Shown here: positions 9,915 through 19,097 of the stretch, piece by piece
Layout: each line of letters starts with the position of its first letter
How positions within the stretch are numbered: the stretch's first letter is position 1
Assembly (NCBI GenBank): GCA_050259615.1
Contig: JBLNAZ010000131.1
Span: 2,646 to 66,645, forward strand
DNA length: 64,000 nt
Direction: 5' to 3'
Source: Syntrophomonadaceae bacterium
GTDB taxonomy: Bacteria > Bacteroidota > Ignavibacteria > Ignavibacteriales > SURF-24
Position numbers and translations under genes: made by a program
The notes under the pieces: generated by a model
Told to the model about the DNA's origin: nothing
Seen by the model: only the letters and a program-made list of their open reading frames with translations
The model's database searches: none

Positions 9915-10410
9915 AATATTCCTGTTCCTCCTGCTGATGTATTCGACCTCCTTTTGCCAGACGGATACAACAGGTACCCTGAACACTGCTACAGCGCAGA
10001 AAGATACTTTGCCTTACAGAATGCATAAGTCGCCTCTTGGCGCCGTATTAAGGAGCGCTGTACTGCCCGGACTTGGGCAGATCTATAACGAATCTTACTG
10101 GAAGGTGCCGGTTGTATGGGGATTTTTAGGCTATTACGGCTATGAGTGGATCAGGCAGAACAACAACTATCATGATTATATAGGATGGTATAAAGAAGCC
10201 CTCAGCGGCCAGAGGCCGGGCAATCCTGCAAACTATAAAAGGAACAGGGACTTTTACCGCGATCAGAGGGACCTTTTTGCCATCTATATGGGAATAACTT
10301 ACGCTCTGAACCTTTTGGATGCATATGTGGATGCCCAGCTTTTTGACTTCAGCGTGGATGAAGACCCCGTGTCTAAAGTTTCAAGGCTGAATTTACGAAT
10401 TAATTTTTAA
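9877..10410 (+). CDS. DUF5683-like protein with signal peptide
   Basis: SAVLPGLGQIYNESYWKVP motif. ATG 9877 is preferred because it gives signal peptide [20 protein letters not shown] and a smaller overlap with parB than the 9820 ORF start. Confidence 0.65.
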   Translation: MRCLKLLAKCIIKIFLFLLLMYSTSFCQTDTTGTLNTATAQKDTLPYRMHKSPLGAVLRSAVLPGLGQIYNESYWKVPVVWGFLGYYGYEWIRQNNNYHDYIGWYKEALSGQRPGNPANYKRNRDFYRDQRDLFAIYMGITYALNLLDAYVDAQLFDFSVDEDPVSKVSRLNLRINF

Positions 10411-10512
10411 CCCCGGAAAATTAAGACTGCTAAAACTAAACCTTCCCTGCTTCAGAAGCGTCTAAATCATTAACGGATAAATGATACTTAGGCTCAAAAT
10501 TAGAGGACGACC

Positions 10513-11220
10513 ATGAAAAACGTTATAATCTGCAAAAACTGCAGCGGTGAAAATCCCTATTTTAGTTTTATATGCGGGAACTGCAAGGCATACCTGAGAG
10601 AAAGGATTGTTAATATAGATTTATGGAAGACTCTCGGCGAGCTGATTGAATCTCCTGTAAAAGCATTCTCGCATATAATTCATGCCGAACATAAAAATTT
10701 CATTTTCTTTCTGTCTTTTCTTATCGGCATCAAATATTTTCTGAATGCTCTTATCCTCTCGGAGCCTGTTTTCAGGGGGACCAAAATCTTTTCTAATATC
10801 ATTCCATTATTCTTTACTTCAGTTGCCGCTGTGCTCCTGGTGGCAGCTTTATTCTCTTTACTTTTTACTTCGTTTACAAAAGTCTTTAAGGTCAGCACGA
10901 GATATAAAGATAATTTTTCATTTTTTATTTACAGCCAGGTTCCACATATTTTTGCGCTGGTATTTTTTTTCCCCGTGGAACTGGTCCTGTTCGGGGGTTT
11001 TCTTTTCTCAAATAACCCGTCGCCATTTTTGTTAAAACCCACCCCCGCATACACAATTGCCGTAATGGAAGGTTTAATGTTTTTATGGTCATTGGTTTTA
11101 GGCTACTGGGCCGTTTATGCGGCTACAAGGGCGAAGCTATATTCTCTCCTTTTTACATTGCTCTATAACATTATTACCGTTATTGTCATTTTAGCTATTT
11201 CGGGTATATTCAGCTATTAG
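10513..11220 (+). CDS. Membrane protein with N-terminal zinc ribbon and Yip1-like multi-TM domain
   Basis: CKNCSGEN...CGNCKAY (CxxC-x11-CxxC) followed by about 5 predicted TM helices. Confidence 0.5.
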   Translation: MKNVIICKNCSGENPYFSFICGNCKAYLRERIVNIDLWKTLGELIESPVKAFSHIIHAEHKNFIFFLSFLIGIKYFLNALILSEPVFRGTKIFSNIIPLFFTSVAAVLLVAALFSLLFTSFTKVFKVSTRYKDNFSFFIYSQVPHIFALVFFFPVELVLFGGFLFSNNPSPFLLKPTPAYTIAVMEGLMFLWSLVLGYWAVYAATRAKLYSLLFTLLYNIITVIVILAISGIFSY

Positions 11221-11382
11221 CATTGTCGTTCAACTTTGAACCTTGAACCAGACAAAGCCGGCTGAATTCCGCTGCGGCGGGTTGACGTTTCCTTTCAATA
11301 TAAGTATTTTAATGGGCATTACAATTAATTTCTTTAATTATCCGATTGTAAACAATACTCATTCATAAATTGCAGAAATATT

Positions 11383-12555
11383 ATGAAAACATTACTGGAA
11401 AAAGAAAAAGAGTTATTCCTTCCTACATACAGCCGTATTCCAATTGAAATATCCCGTGGTGAAGGCGTATATCTCATTGATACAAAAGGTGATAAGTACC
11501 TGGATTTCTTCTCGGGACTAGCAGTTAATGCCTTAGGCTATGCTCATCCGAAAATTGTTGAAGCAGTATGCAGCCAGATCGGAAGGTTCGGCCACCTGTC
11601 AAATAATTTCATTACCGATGTTCAGGTGGAGTTTACAGAAAAACTATTGAAGTATTCAAAAATGACGCGTGCTTTTCTTTCCAACAGCGGCACCGAAGCT
11701 GTTGAAGGAACAATAAAGCTTGTCAGGCTTAAAATGGGTCCCGATAAGAAAATATTTTCTCTTACAAATTCCTTCCACGGAAGAACATATGGCGCTATGA
11801 CGCTTACGGCAAGAGAAAAATACCAGAAGGGTTTTGAACCGCTTGTACCCAATGTGGGCCACATAGAATTCAACAACGTTAAGGATCTTGAAAAGAAGGC
11901 GGGCAAGGACACGGCCGCAATTATTTTCGAATTCATACAGGGCGAAGGCGGAATTAATGAAGTTTCTGAAGAGTTCATACGCAAGGTAGCTGAACTCAGG
12001 GATAAGTACGGTTTTATCTTTGTCGAAGACGCAATTCAGGACGGCGTAGGAAGAAGCGGAAAGGCATTCGTGCACGAATATTACGGCGTGGAGCCGGATG
12101 TAATTGTAACTGCCAAGGCAATTGGAGGAGGACTTCCGTTGGGAGCATTCCTTACAACTGAAAGGCTTAAGGATGTCTTTACCGCAGGCAAGCACGGCAC
12201 CACATTCGGCGGAAACCCCGTAAGCTGTGCTGCGGGCAAGGTTGTGCTTGAGGAGGTCTTTGAAAACGGTCTTATGGAAAAGGTTTACGAAAATGGAAAT
12301 TACTTTAAGCACGAGCTGCTTAAGCTAAAAGAGGAATTTCCCGGCGACGTTAAAGATGTAAGAGGTAAAGGCTATATGCTAGGCGTTGAGCTTAATTACG
12401 AGGCTTCCAGTGTAGTTAAAGCCATGAGGGACAGAAAAGTACTATCCAACGCAACAAACGTTAATGTAATCAGAATACTGCCTCCTCTTATTGCCACAAA
12501 AGAGGATATCGATTTATATTTAAGCGTTCTGAAGGACGCATTGAAAAACAAGTAA
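11383..12555 (+). CDS. argD: Acetylornithine / class-III aminotransferase
   Basis: SNSGTEAVEGTIKL, DAIQDGVGRSGK and TAKAIGGGLPLGA (PLP lysine region). 390 aa. Confidence 0.82.
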   Translation: MKTLLEKEKELFLPTYSRIPIEISRGEGVYLIDTKGDKYLDFFSGLAVNALGYAHPKIVEAVCSQIGRFGHLSNNFITDVQVEFTEKLLKYSKMTRAFLSNSGTEAVEGTIKLVRLKMGPDKKIFSLTNSFHGRTYGAMTLTAREKYQKGFEPLVPNVGHIEFNNVKDLEKKAGKDTAAIIFEFIQGEGGINEVSEEFIRKVAELRDKYGFIFVEDAIQDGVGRSGKAFVHEYYGVEPDVIVTAKAIGGGLPLGAFLTTERLKDVFTAGKHGTTFGGNPVSCAAGKVVLEEVFENGLMEKVYENGNYFKHELLKLKEEFPGDVKDVRGKGYMLGVELNYEASSVVKAMRDRKVLSNATNVNVIRILPPLIATKEDIDLYLSVLKDALKNK

Positions 12556-12571
12556 AGAAGAACTCTGAAAA

Positions 12572-14191
12572 ATGGAAATAAACACCGACGTACTGATTAT
12601 AGGAAGCGGAATTGCGGGGCTTTATGCGGCGCTTAAAGTTGACGAAAGTTTCCGTGTTGTTATTGTTACCAAAAAGAGCAAGGCTGAATCCAATACGAAC
12701 CTTGCTCAGGGCGGAATTGCTTCAGTTATAGATTCAAGGGATTCATACGATAAGCATATAGAAGATACATTAGTTGCCGGAGCGGGGCTTTGTAAAAAAG
12801 AAGCAGTGGAAATTCTGGTTACTGAAGGCCCGCAGAGAATTCGCGACCTTATGGATATAGGCACCAATTTTACTTTTAAGGATGGCAAGCTCGATCTTGC
12901 AAAAGAAGGAGGCCACTCGGCCCACAGAATTGTGCACGCGGCTGACCTGACGGGGCGTGAAGTTGAAAGGGCACTCATTGAAGCCATTAACTCAAGGAAA
13001 AATATTGTGATGCTGGAAAACCACATTGCAATTGACCTTATAACCGAGCATAACGTTTACCAGCTAAAGGACCAGGAAATTAAAAACCGTCACTGCTGGG
13101 GCGCATACGTCCTCGATGTAAAAAGCAATGAAGTAAAAACAATTACCGCGCAAAAGACGCTTCTTGCTACAGGAGGTCTGGGGCAGGTTTACCTGCATAC
13201 AACGAATCCTTTAATTGCAACGGGTGACGGCTTTGCAATTGCATACCGTGCCGGCGCCAAAATAGGCAACATGGAATTTATACAGTTTCACCCGACTTCA
13301 TTTTACTCGTCGTCTGACTATTCGAATGTTTCCAAGCCTGCTTTCCTGATCTCTGAGGCTGTAAGAGGTTTCGGCGGAATCTTAAAGACAAAGGACGGCC
13401 AGGAGTTCATGCATAAATATGACTCGAGGAAAGAGCTGGCCCCGCGTGACATTGTAGCCCGAGCTATAGACAATGAACTGAAGAAGCGTGGTGACGAGTT
13501 TGTGTTTCTTGATATTACACACAAGAATAAGGACCAGATAAAGGAACACTTTCCGCACATATATAAAAATTGCCTTGAAGCAGGAGTAGATATTGCAAAG
13601 GACTATATACCTGTTGTTCCGGCTGCGCACTATGCCTGCGGAGGCATTGTGGTAGATACGTGCGGGCGCGCATCACTGATGAACCTTTATGCTTGCGGCG
13701 AAGTTTCGATGACGGGCGTGCATGGTGCAAACCGCCTAGCGAGCAACTCATTGCTTGAGGCCCTGGTATTTTCATTCAGGGCAGCTATGGATATGAATTC
13801 GCGGGTGGGTAAAGAGGCTCCGCAGATGCCTCAGATTCCTTCCTGGGACGATTCAGGAACTCTCTCTGCCGATGAAAAGGTAATGATTACGCACAGCGTT
13901 AAGGAGGTTAAACAGGTAATGTGGGATTACGTTGGAATTGTCAGGTCTAACCTCAGGCTCGACAGGGCTTTCCACCGCATTCATAATCTTTACGTTGAAA
14001 TTGAGGATATGTATAAGAAGACAAAAGTATTCGAGCCGATGATTGAATTAAGAGACCTTATTACATGCTCGCATATGATCATTAAGTCGGCAAAGCTGAG
14101 AAAAGAAAGCCGCGGACTTCATTATACTCTGGATTATCTGAATCCTTCAGAAGAACTTCATGATACAATTATTCAGAACAGGATCCCTTAA
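12572..14191 (+). CDS. nadB: L-aspartate oxidase
   Basis: FAD motif DVLIIGSGIAGL, plus HPT, AAHYACGGI and GANRLASNSLLE. Confidence 0.92.
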   Translation: MEINTDVLIIGSGIAGLYAALKVDESFRVVIVTKKSKAESNTNLAQGGIASVIDSRDSYDKHIEDTLVAGAGLCKKEAVEILVTEGPQRIRDLMDIGTNFTFKDGKLDLAKEGGHSAHRIVHAADLTGREVERALIEAINSRKNIVMLENHIAIDLITEHNVYQLKDQEIKNRHCWGAYVLDVKSNEVKTITAQKTLLATGGLGQVYLHTTNPLIATGDGFAIAYRAGAKIGNMEFIQFHPTSFYSSSDYSNVSKPAFLISEAVRGFGGILKTKDGQEFMHKYDSRKELAPRDIVARAIDNELKKRGDEFVFLDITHKNKDQIKEHFPHIYKNCLEAGVDIAKDYIPVVPAAHYACGGIVVDTCGRASLMNLYACGEVSMTGVHGANRLASNSLLEALVFSFRAAMDMNSRVGKEAPQMPQIPSWDDSGTLSADEKVMITHSVKEVKQVMWDYVGIVRSNLRLDRAFHRIHNLYVEIEDMYKKTKVFEPMIELRDLITCSHMIIKSAKLRKESRGLHYTLDYLNPSEELHDTIIQNRIP

Positions 14192-14205
14192 CAGATCCTG
14201 TTCTG
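14174..14205. terminator. Bidirectional hairpin between convergent nadB and ppx
   Basis: Perfect 12-bp arms cagaacaggatc/gatcctgttctg with an 8-nt loop. The hairpin overlaps the nadB stop codon. Confidence 0.55.
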
Positions 14206-14213
14206 AAATTATT

Positions 14214-15152
14214 CTAAAGCTTTTTGATAAAGTCTATTACTGCTCCATACCTTATGCCGCGTCCTGAGACGATAAGGCTGCCGGCAGGGAGCAGTTTCAG
14301 TATATTCTTCAGTATAAGAGTCCCCGCGAAAATGACGTCCTCGCGTCCTTTCATTATTTCAGGATAGAGCCTTAGTATCTCTGAAGAAGAGATCTTTGAA
14401 AAATCTTCCGAAAGATCTTTAAGGTCCCCAGTAGTGAGTACTGAATTTTCCACCTTATCCTCGTCATAATGCTGCAGATGCTGTTTTACGCAGGAAAGGG
14501 AAGTAGGAGTCCCGGCAACAGCCACAACTGAAAATCCGGGAGGGAATTTATCCTTCAGTTCAGAAAACTTGTCTTCAATTGCCTTATCCAGCTCTTCAAT
14601 TTCCTGTTTCAGAGGGGGATCGTGCAGAACATGGTTTTCTGTAAAGCTGACCACTCCTCCTAAGAAACTTTTGCTGAAAAGGATATTTCCTCTTTCGCCA
14701 TAAATAATTTCAGTGCTTCCGCCGCCGACGTCTATTACAACGTACTTTTCAGCCTCAACGCCCGAGGTGGCGCCGAGGAAAGAAAGTCTGGCTTCCTCCT
14801 GACCGCTAATGACGGAAATATCAATTCCGTATTTATCTTTCACCAGTGAGATAATATGGCTGCTGTTTGAGGCAAGGCGCATTGCACTTGTGGCCTTTGC
14901 AGCAACATGACTGCAGTTAAGGGCTTTTATAATTGAAGAATATTCGTCCATTACTTCAAGCATGGCATTTATTCTGTCGTCTGAAATTGGGCCTCCGGGC
15001 TTGAGTCCCTTGCCTATTCTGGGCATTCTGTATTCGTTTACGAGGGGTTTAATTTTACCATCCATTGTGTTTATATTTGCAATCAGCAATAAAATGGTGT
15101 TTGTACCTATATCAATAGAAGCAATATTCATATATTTTTCATATTTTTGCAA
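14214..15152 (-). CDS. ppx: Ppx/GppA family phosphatase (exopolyphosphatase, catalytic N-terminal domains only)
   Basis: ASIDIGTNTILLLIA, DVGGGSTE and an ASKHA-fold pattern. 312 aa. Confidence 0.85.
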   Translation of the reverse strand: MQKYEKYMNIASIDIGTNTILLLIANINTMDGKIKPLVNEYRMPRIGKGLKPGGPISDDRINAMLEVMDEYSSIIKALNCSHVAAKATSAMRLASNSSHIISLVKDKYGIDISVISGQEEARLSFLGATSGVEAEKYVVIDVGGGSTEIIYGERGNILFSKSFLGGVVSFTENHVLHDPPLKQEIEELDKAIEDKFSELKDKFPPGFSVVAVAGTPTSLSCVKQHLQHYDEDKVENSVLTTGDLKDLSEDFSKISSSEILRLYPEIMKGREDVIFAGTLILKNILKLLPAGSLIVSGRGIRYGAVIDFIKKL

Positions 15153-15168
15153 AAAGGAAATTCAATTT

Positions 15169-15690
15169 ATGCAAAACCTAAACAAATTTTCTAAAATATT
15201 TTTATATGTTTGTACTTTAAGCGGTGTTCTATGGCTTGGCGGCTATCTATCGCGAATTCTGCTTACCTACCAGCTTTTTGAGCCCAGGGATTTTATACTT
15301 AAAAGTTACGTAAACGACCAGAACTTAAGTGGAATCTTTTATACATTAAACAGTTCGGTTACATTTACACTCATTTTATTCCTGGTATTCTTAGTTTCAT
15401 TTATTCTATTTATTTCCACATCCGGAATCAAGCTCAAAGAAGAAGGATGGCTTTTTGTAATACTTCTGATTATAATAGTTACCGCGCCGTTTGAGCTCTA
15501 TCTAATGTCGTTTGATTACCAGATTGCCACAAAAGTATTTTACTCGGCTTTTGTACCCAGGGATGTACTGGCAATATACATTAAAAGGATGAAGTTACTC
15601 AGCAGTTTTCCATTGATCGAAATTTTTTCCTATTGTGCGATTGTTTTTCTTGTGATATTTAAACCGCTCAGAATGAAAAAAAATCAATGA
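15169..15690 (+). CDS. Hypothetical multi-pass membrane protein
   Basis: 4-5 hydrophobic helices. ATG 15169 is chosen because the 14962 ORF start would run antisense through ppx. Confidence 0.45.
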   Translation: MQNLNKFSKIFLYVCTLSGVLWLGGYLSRILLTYQLFEPRDFILKSYVNDQNLSGIFYTLNSSVTFTLILFLVFLVSFILFISTSGIKLKEEGWLFVILLIIIVTAPFELYLMSFDYQIATKVFYSAFVPRDVLAIYIKRMKLLSSFPLIEIFSYCAIVFLVIFKPLRMKKNQ

Positions 15691-15959
15691 AACTAAAAGA
15701 AAAAGAATTTGAAGAGGTCCTGAAGGACTTAAAGGCGTTAGCGGCAGAATTGGGCGCTACGGTTCGTTTTGAAAAGGGGGATTTTAAGGGGGGGTACTGC
15801 CTCCTGAAAGACTCTAAAGTTATTGTTATCAACAGAATGGCAAACATGCAGCGCAAGGCTATGATACTTTCAGCAGCGCTGAAAGAGCTGGGAATCGATG
15901 AGATTTACCTGACACCCAAACTGCGTGAGATCATTGATGAAATGAACGAGGAGAAATGA
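15687..15959 (+). CDS. Hypothetical 90-aa protein
   Basis: ATGA overlaps at both ends couple it to the membrane-protein gene upstream and aroQ downstream. No recognisable motif. Confidence 0.45.
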   Translation: MKLKEKEFEEVLKDLKALAAELGATVRFEKGDFKGGYCLLKDSKVIVINRMANMQRKAMILSAALKELGIDEIYLTPKLREIIDEMNEEK

Positions 15960-16387
15960 AAGTACTTGTACTCAACGGACCCAATCTGAACCTGCTCGGA
16001 ATGAGGGATAAGGACCACTATGGTACCTTAACTCTTGAAGATATTGAGAAGATTGTGAGGGAAAAATACTCATCCGAGTATTTTGAGTTTTTTCAGTCCA
16101 ACCACGAAGGGGAGCTGATAGACAAGATACAGAAAGCCCCTTCGTATTTTGACGCCATAATAATAAACCCCGGGGGGTATGCGCATACTTCTGTTGCCAT
16201 AAAGGATGCCTTGACTGAATGCAAAATACCAAAGATTGAAGTCCATCTTTCAAATTTATCGGGCAGGGAAGGCTTCCGACAGGTATTGCTGACTGCTTCC
16301 TCATGCACCGGATATGTTTCGGGATTTAAGGAGAAGGGTTACCTGGCAGCAGTTTACCTCATCAAAGAAATTTTAAGTAATAAATGA
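15956..16387 (+). CDS. aroQ: Type II 3-dehydroquinate dehydratase
   Basis: VLNGPNLNLLG, SNHEGELID, NPGGYAHTSVA and EVHLSN motifs. Confidence 0.93.
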   Translation: MKVLVLNGPNLNLLGMRDKDHYGTLTLEDIEKIVREKYSSEYFEFFQSNHEGELIDKIQKAPSYFDAIIINPGGYAHTSVAIKDALTECKIPKIEVHLSNLSGREGFRQVLLTASSCTGYVSGFKEKGYLAAVYLIKEILSNK

Positions 16388-16411
16388 AAAGAAAAACAGG
16401 ATAAGATAAAA

Positions 16412-17101
16412 ATGATAAAATCAGTAATTTTTGATTTGGATAATACACTCGTAGATTTCATGAAGATGAAAAGAAGGTCTATTGAGGCAGCTATTCCCGC
16501 AATGATAGATGCAGGTCTTGATATGACAATTGACGAAGCGACGAAAAAGATAAATGAAATTTATCTGGAGCAGGGAATTGAATACCAGCATGTTTTTGAC
16601 CTTTTTCTGCAGAAAGCAATTAACAGGGTTGACAATAAAATACTGGCTTCAGGCATTGTGGCCTACAGAAGAGCCAGGGAAGCTGAACTGACGGCATATC
16701 CGCACGTTTATTCTACTTTAATTCAGCTTTCAAAGATGGGCTTAAAGCTGGGAATTGTTTCAGATGCGCCTGTAAAAGAGGCATGGCTGAGGCTGGCTTC
16801 GCTGAACTTCCACAATTTCTTTGATGCAGTAGTAACTTTTGACGAAACCGGCGAAAGAAAACCGAGTCCTGTGCCTTTTAAGGCTATTCTTGCCAAGCTG
16901 GACACGAATCCCGAAGAATCCATCATGGTTGGCGACTGGGTTGAGCGCGATATTGTAGGTGCATCCAAGATAGGAATGAAGACTGCATTTGCAAAATACG
17001 GCGATACTTTTAATAATCAGGCTAACATTGCTGACTTTGAATTGGGCGACATAAGCGACCTGATTCCGATAATAAAAGAGCTGAACAGCGTTCAGGTATA
17101 A
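16412..17101 (+). CDS. HAD-superfamily hydrolase
   Basis: Motif I FDLDNTL, motif II VSDA, and motif III/IV K...GDW..D. Confidence 0.8.
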   Translation: MIKSVIFDLDNTLVDFMKMKRRSIEAAIPAMIDAGLDMTIDEATKKINEIYLEQGIEYQHVFDLFLQKAINRVDNKILASGIVAYRRAREAELTAYPHVYSTLIQLSKMGLKLGIVSDAPVKEAWLRLASLNFHNFFDAVVTFDETGERKPSPVPFKAILAKLDTNPEESIMVGDWVERDIVGASKIGMKTAFAKYGDTFNNQANIADFELGDISDLIPIIKELNSVQV

Positions 17102-17183
17102 AAAATAGCCTTAGGACTTCATAAATAAGTTTATTGTACTGCGTTTATCTTGATACTTTATAATGAATTAGTTATTTTGGATT

Positions 17184-17606
17184 TTGTTTTTTGCAGGGTC
17201 AAAATTGAAAGAACTAGGAATTAAGAAGTTATATTATTCGATAAGCGAAGTCAGTAAAATTACAGGCTTGGAGCAGTACGTCTTAAGGTATTGGGAAAAT
17301 GAATTTGAGGATTTAAAACCCTCGAAGAACAGGGCTGGCAACAGGATATACACGAATAAAGATATTCAGGTAATCCTAAAGATCAAAAAGCTCCTGAAAG
17401 AAGAAAAGTACACAATTGAGGGTGCCAAGAAGAATCTGAAGGAAATTGAACCGGAGCCAGAGCCTGTGCAGGCCGAGCCGGTGAAGAAGCCTCTGGAAAA
17501 TGCCCCAGCAATAAAAGATAAAAAAAGTGAAGAAGATATCCCTGCATTAAAAAGAGACCTTGAACATATAAGGAATTTTTTGATATATTTACAAAGTAAG
17601 TTATAA
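17184..17606 (+). CDS. MerR family transcriptional regulator
   Basis: YSISEVSKITGLEQYVLRYWENEF...NRAGNRIYTNKDIQ winged-HTH. Start is uncertain (TTG 17184 or TTG 17205). Confidence 0.75.
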   Translation: MFFAGSKLKELGIKKLYYSISEVSKITGLEQYVLRYWENEFEDLKPSKNRAGNRIYTNKDIQVILKIKKLLKEEKYTIEGAKKNLKEIEPEPEPVQAEPVKKPLENAPAIKDKKSEEDIPALKRDLEHIRNFLIYLQSKL

Positions 17607-17636
17607 TTATTAAATGTTAAAATAATTTTAGCAAAT

Positions 17637-17710
17637 CGGAACGTGGCGCAGCCCGGTAGCGTACTTGAATGGGGTTCAAGGGGTCGCGGGTTCAAATCCC
17701 GCCGTTCCGA
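17637..17710 (+). tRNA. tRNA-Pro (anticodon GGG)
   Basis: Hand-folded cloverleaf. Acceptor CGGAACG/CGTTCCG, D arm GCGC-AGCCCGGTA-GCGT, anticodon stem CTTGA/TCAAG with loop A-U-GGG-G-U, T arm GCGGG-TTCAAAT-CCCGC, discriminator A. No encoded CCA. Confidence 0.9.
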
Positions 17711-17716
17711 CATTAA

Positions 17717-17749
17717 AGCCCGGAAGCATAAGTTTCCGGGCTTTTTTTT
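17717..17749 (+). terminator. Rho-independent terminator after tRNA-Pro
   Basis: 9-bp stem agcccggaa/ttccgggct with an 8-nt loop, followed by T8. Confidence 0.8.
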
Positions 17750-17894
17750 GTTTATGGCCGGATTAAATGGTTCGAGGTCCGGTGCAAAAGCAACTCCACC
17801 CGGAAATTTCCGGCAAAAATGGCGCTGGACTATCTGATTTATAATTGATTGTTTTTTGGATGAATTATTTGCGGGAAAATGTTGTTATTATAAT

Positions 17895-18341
17895 ATGGAA
17901 ACAACAAAATCTATATCTATTCTTCTCGTTGAGGATAACCCCGGCGATATTTACCTGACCCGGGAGGCTTTGAAGGTAAGTAAAATCAGTAATACGCTCC
18001 AGGTAGTTAGAAATGGGATCGAATGCATGGAATTCTTAAGGCAGCAGGGCAGATTTGCCGGTGCTGAAATGCCTGATATGATAATACTGGACCTCAATCT
18101 TCCGCTGAAAAACGGCAGGGAAGTCCTTGAAGAAGTAAAGCACGATAATACTTTGAAAACCATCCCTGTAATTGTTCTCTCCAGTTCACAGAATGAAGCT
18201 GATATTAAAACAAGTTACCTGCTTAATGCTAATTGCTATATTACAAAACCTGTTGACTATGACGAATTTATTCGCATTATTAGATCAATCGAGAACTTCT
18301 GGTTCTCAATTGTCAGACTCCCGCAAGGCCGCCTGAATTAG
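17895..18341 (+). CDS. Single-domain response regulator (receiver only)
   Basis: ILLVEDNPGD, phospho-acceptor region IILDLNLP, and LSSS...KP. ATG 17895 is preferred over TTG 17856. Confidence 0.85.
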   Translation: METTKSISILLVEDNPGDIYLTREALKVSKISNTLQVVRNGIECMEFLRQQGRFAGAEMPDMIILDLNLPLKNGREVLEEVKHDNTLKTIPVIVLSSSQNEADIKTSYLLNANCYITKPVDYDEFIRIIRSIENFWFSIVRLPQGRLN

Positions 18342-18466
18342 CGGCGGGAACATTTCCTCATTATACCGGTTTATTTATTATTTACTAACATTTAAATATT
18401 TATTTTAGTAAATTTTATCGCAAAATTTATGATTTTAGAATAAATAAAAGCAAAATTATTTTCGCT

Positions 18467-18874
18467 ATGAAAGAATCTCAGATAACAATTCTGCTCATTG
18501 AAGATAACCTTGGGGATGTGCATTTAATTAATGAACTTATCCATGATACCGATGCATTAGATATTAAGGTGGAACAGGCCTTCAGGCTGTCTACAGGCAT
18601 ACAGCGCCTGAATAAGGGCGGAATTGACCTGGTACTTCTGGATCTGGGTCTTCCGGACAGCATGGGGCTTGATACATTAAAGAAAATTCTGCCGGAAACA
18701 AAAGGCGTTCCCGTTGTTGTGCTTACCGGGCTTGAAGATGAGGAGATAGGCATCAGGGCCGTTCAGGCTGGTGCGCAGGATTATCTGGTAAAATACCAGG
18801 TGGATCCAGTTCTCTTTATGCGTTCTATACGCTTTGCAATTGAACGAAAGCGCGTAAATGAAATAAAATTGTAA
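18467..18874 (+). CDS. Single-domain response regulator (receiver only)
   Basis: ILLIEDNLGD, LVLLDLGLPD and VVVLTG...YLVK. No output domain. Confidence 0.85.
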   Translation: MKESQITILLIEDNLGDVHLINELIHDTDALDIKVEQAFRLSTGIQRLNKGGIDLVLLDLGLPDSMGLDTLKKILPETKGVPVVVLTGLEDEEIGIRAVQAGAQDYLVKYQVDPVLFMRSIRFAIERKRVNEIKL

Positions 18875-18899
18875 AAAAGGGCGGTTATCCGCCTTTTTT
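18875..18899 (+). terminator. Rho-independent terminator
   Basis: ggcgg-ttat-ccgcc stem-loop flanked by an A-run and a T6 run, immediately after the stop codon. Confidence 0.65.
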
Positions 18900-19097
18900 A
18901 TTATGCATCCGCCTATCTAGTTGATATCAAATCTCCCCGGAATGTACGCTGACAGATTTTGCGTTTTCCTGGTTATTTTCTAAATTCAGTTATTCCGGAA
19001 CTGATACGAAATTTATATGAACTTTGTTGTCAGCATACCTGTTAAGTTGATAGAAATATTAAATTAAAAATCGTATATTTTAAGCTAATTTTTAGGA

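Noticed and set aside
11656-12312. 218-aa ORF antisense to argD. Similar long shadow ORFs occur at 19398-19982 (antisense purF), 43178-43702 (antisense rluB), 57716-58282 (antisense GH2), and 51639-52166 / 52060-52593 / 53161-53499 inside the 702-aa gene.
   Set aside because: Each lies wholly inside a gene with strong family motifs on the other strand or frame. Their sequences are low-complexity or Ser/Arg/Leu-rich with no recognisable motif, which is typical of shadow ORFs.
14962-15168. N-terminal 69 codons of the 242-aa ORF 14962-15690.
   Set aside because: This part runs antisense through the well-supported ppx gene. The hydrophobic protein most plausibly starts at ATG 15169, in the intergenic space.
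17366-17837. ORFs 17366-17713 (-) and 17643-17837 (+) overlapping the tRNA-Pro gene.
   Set aside because: They overlap a well-folding tRNA and its terminator and have no motifs, so they are spurious.
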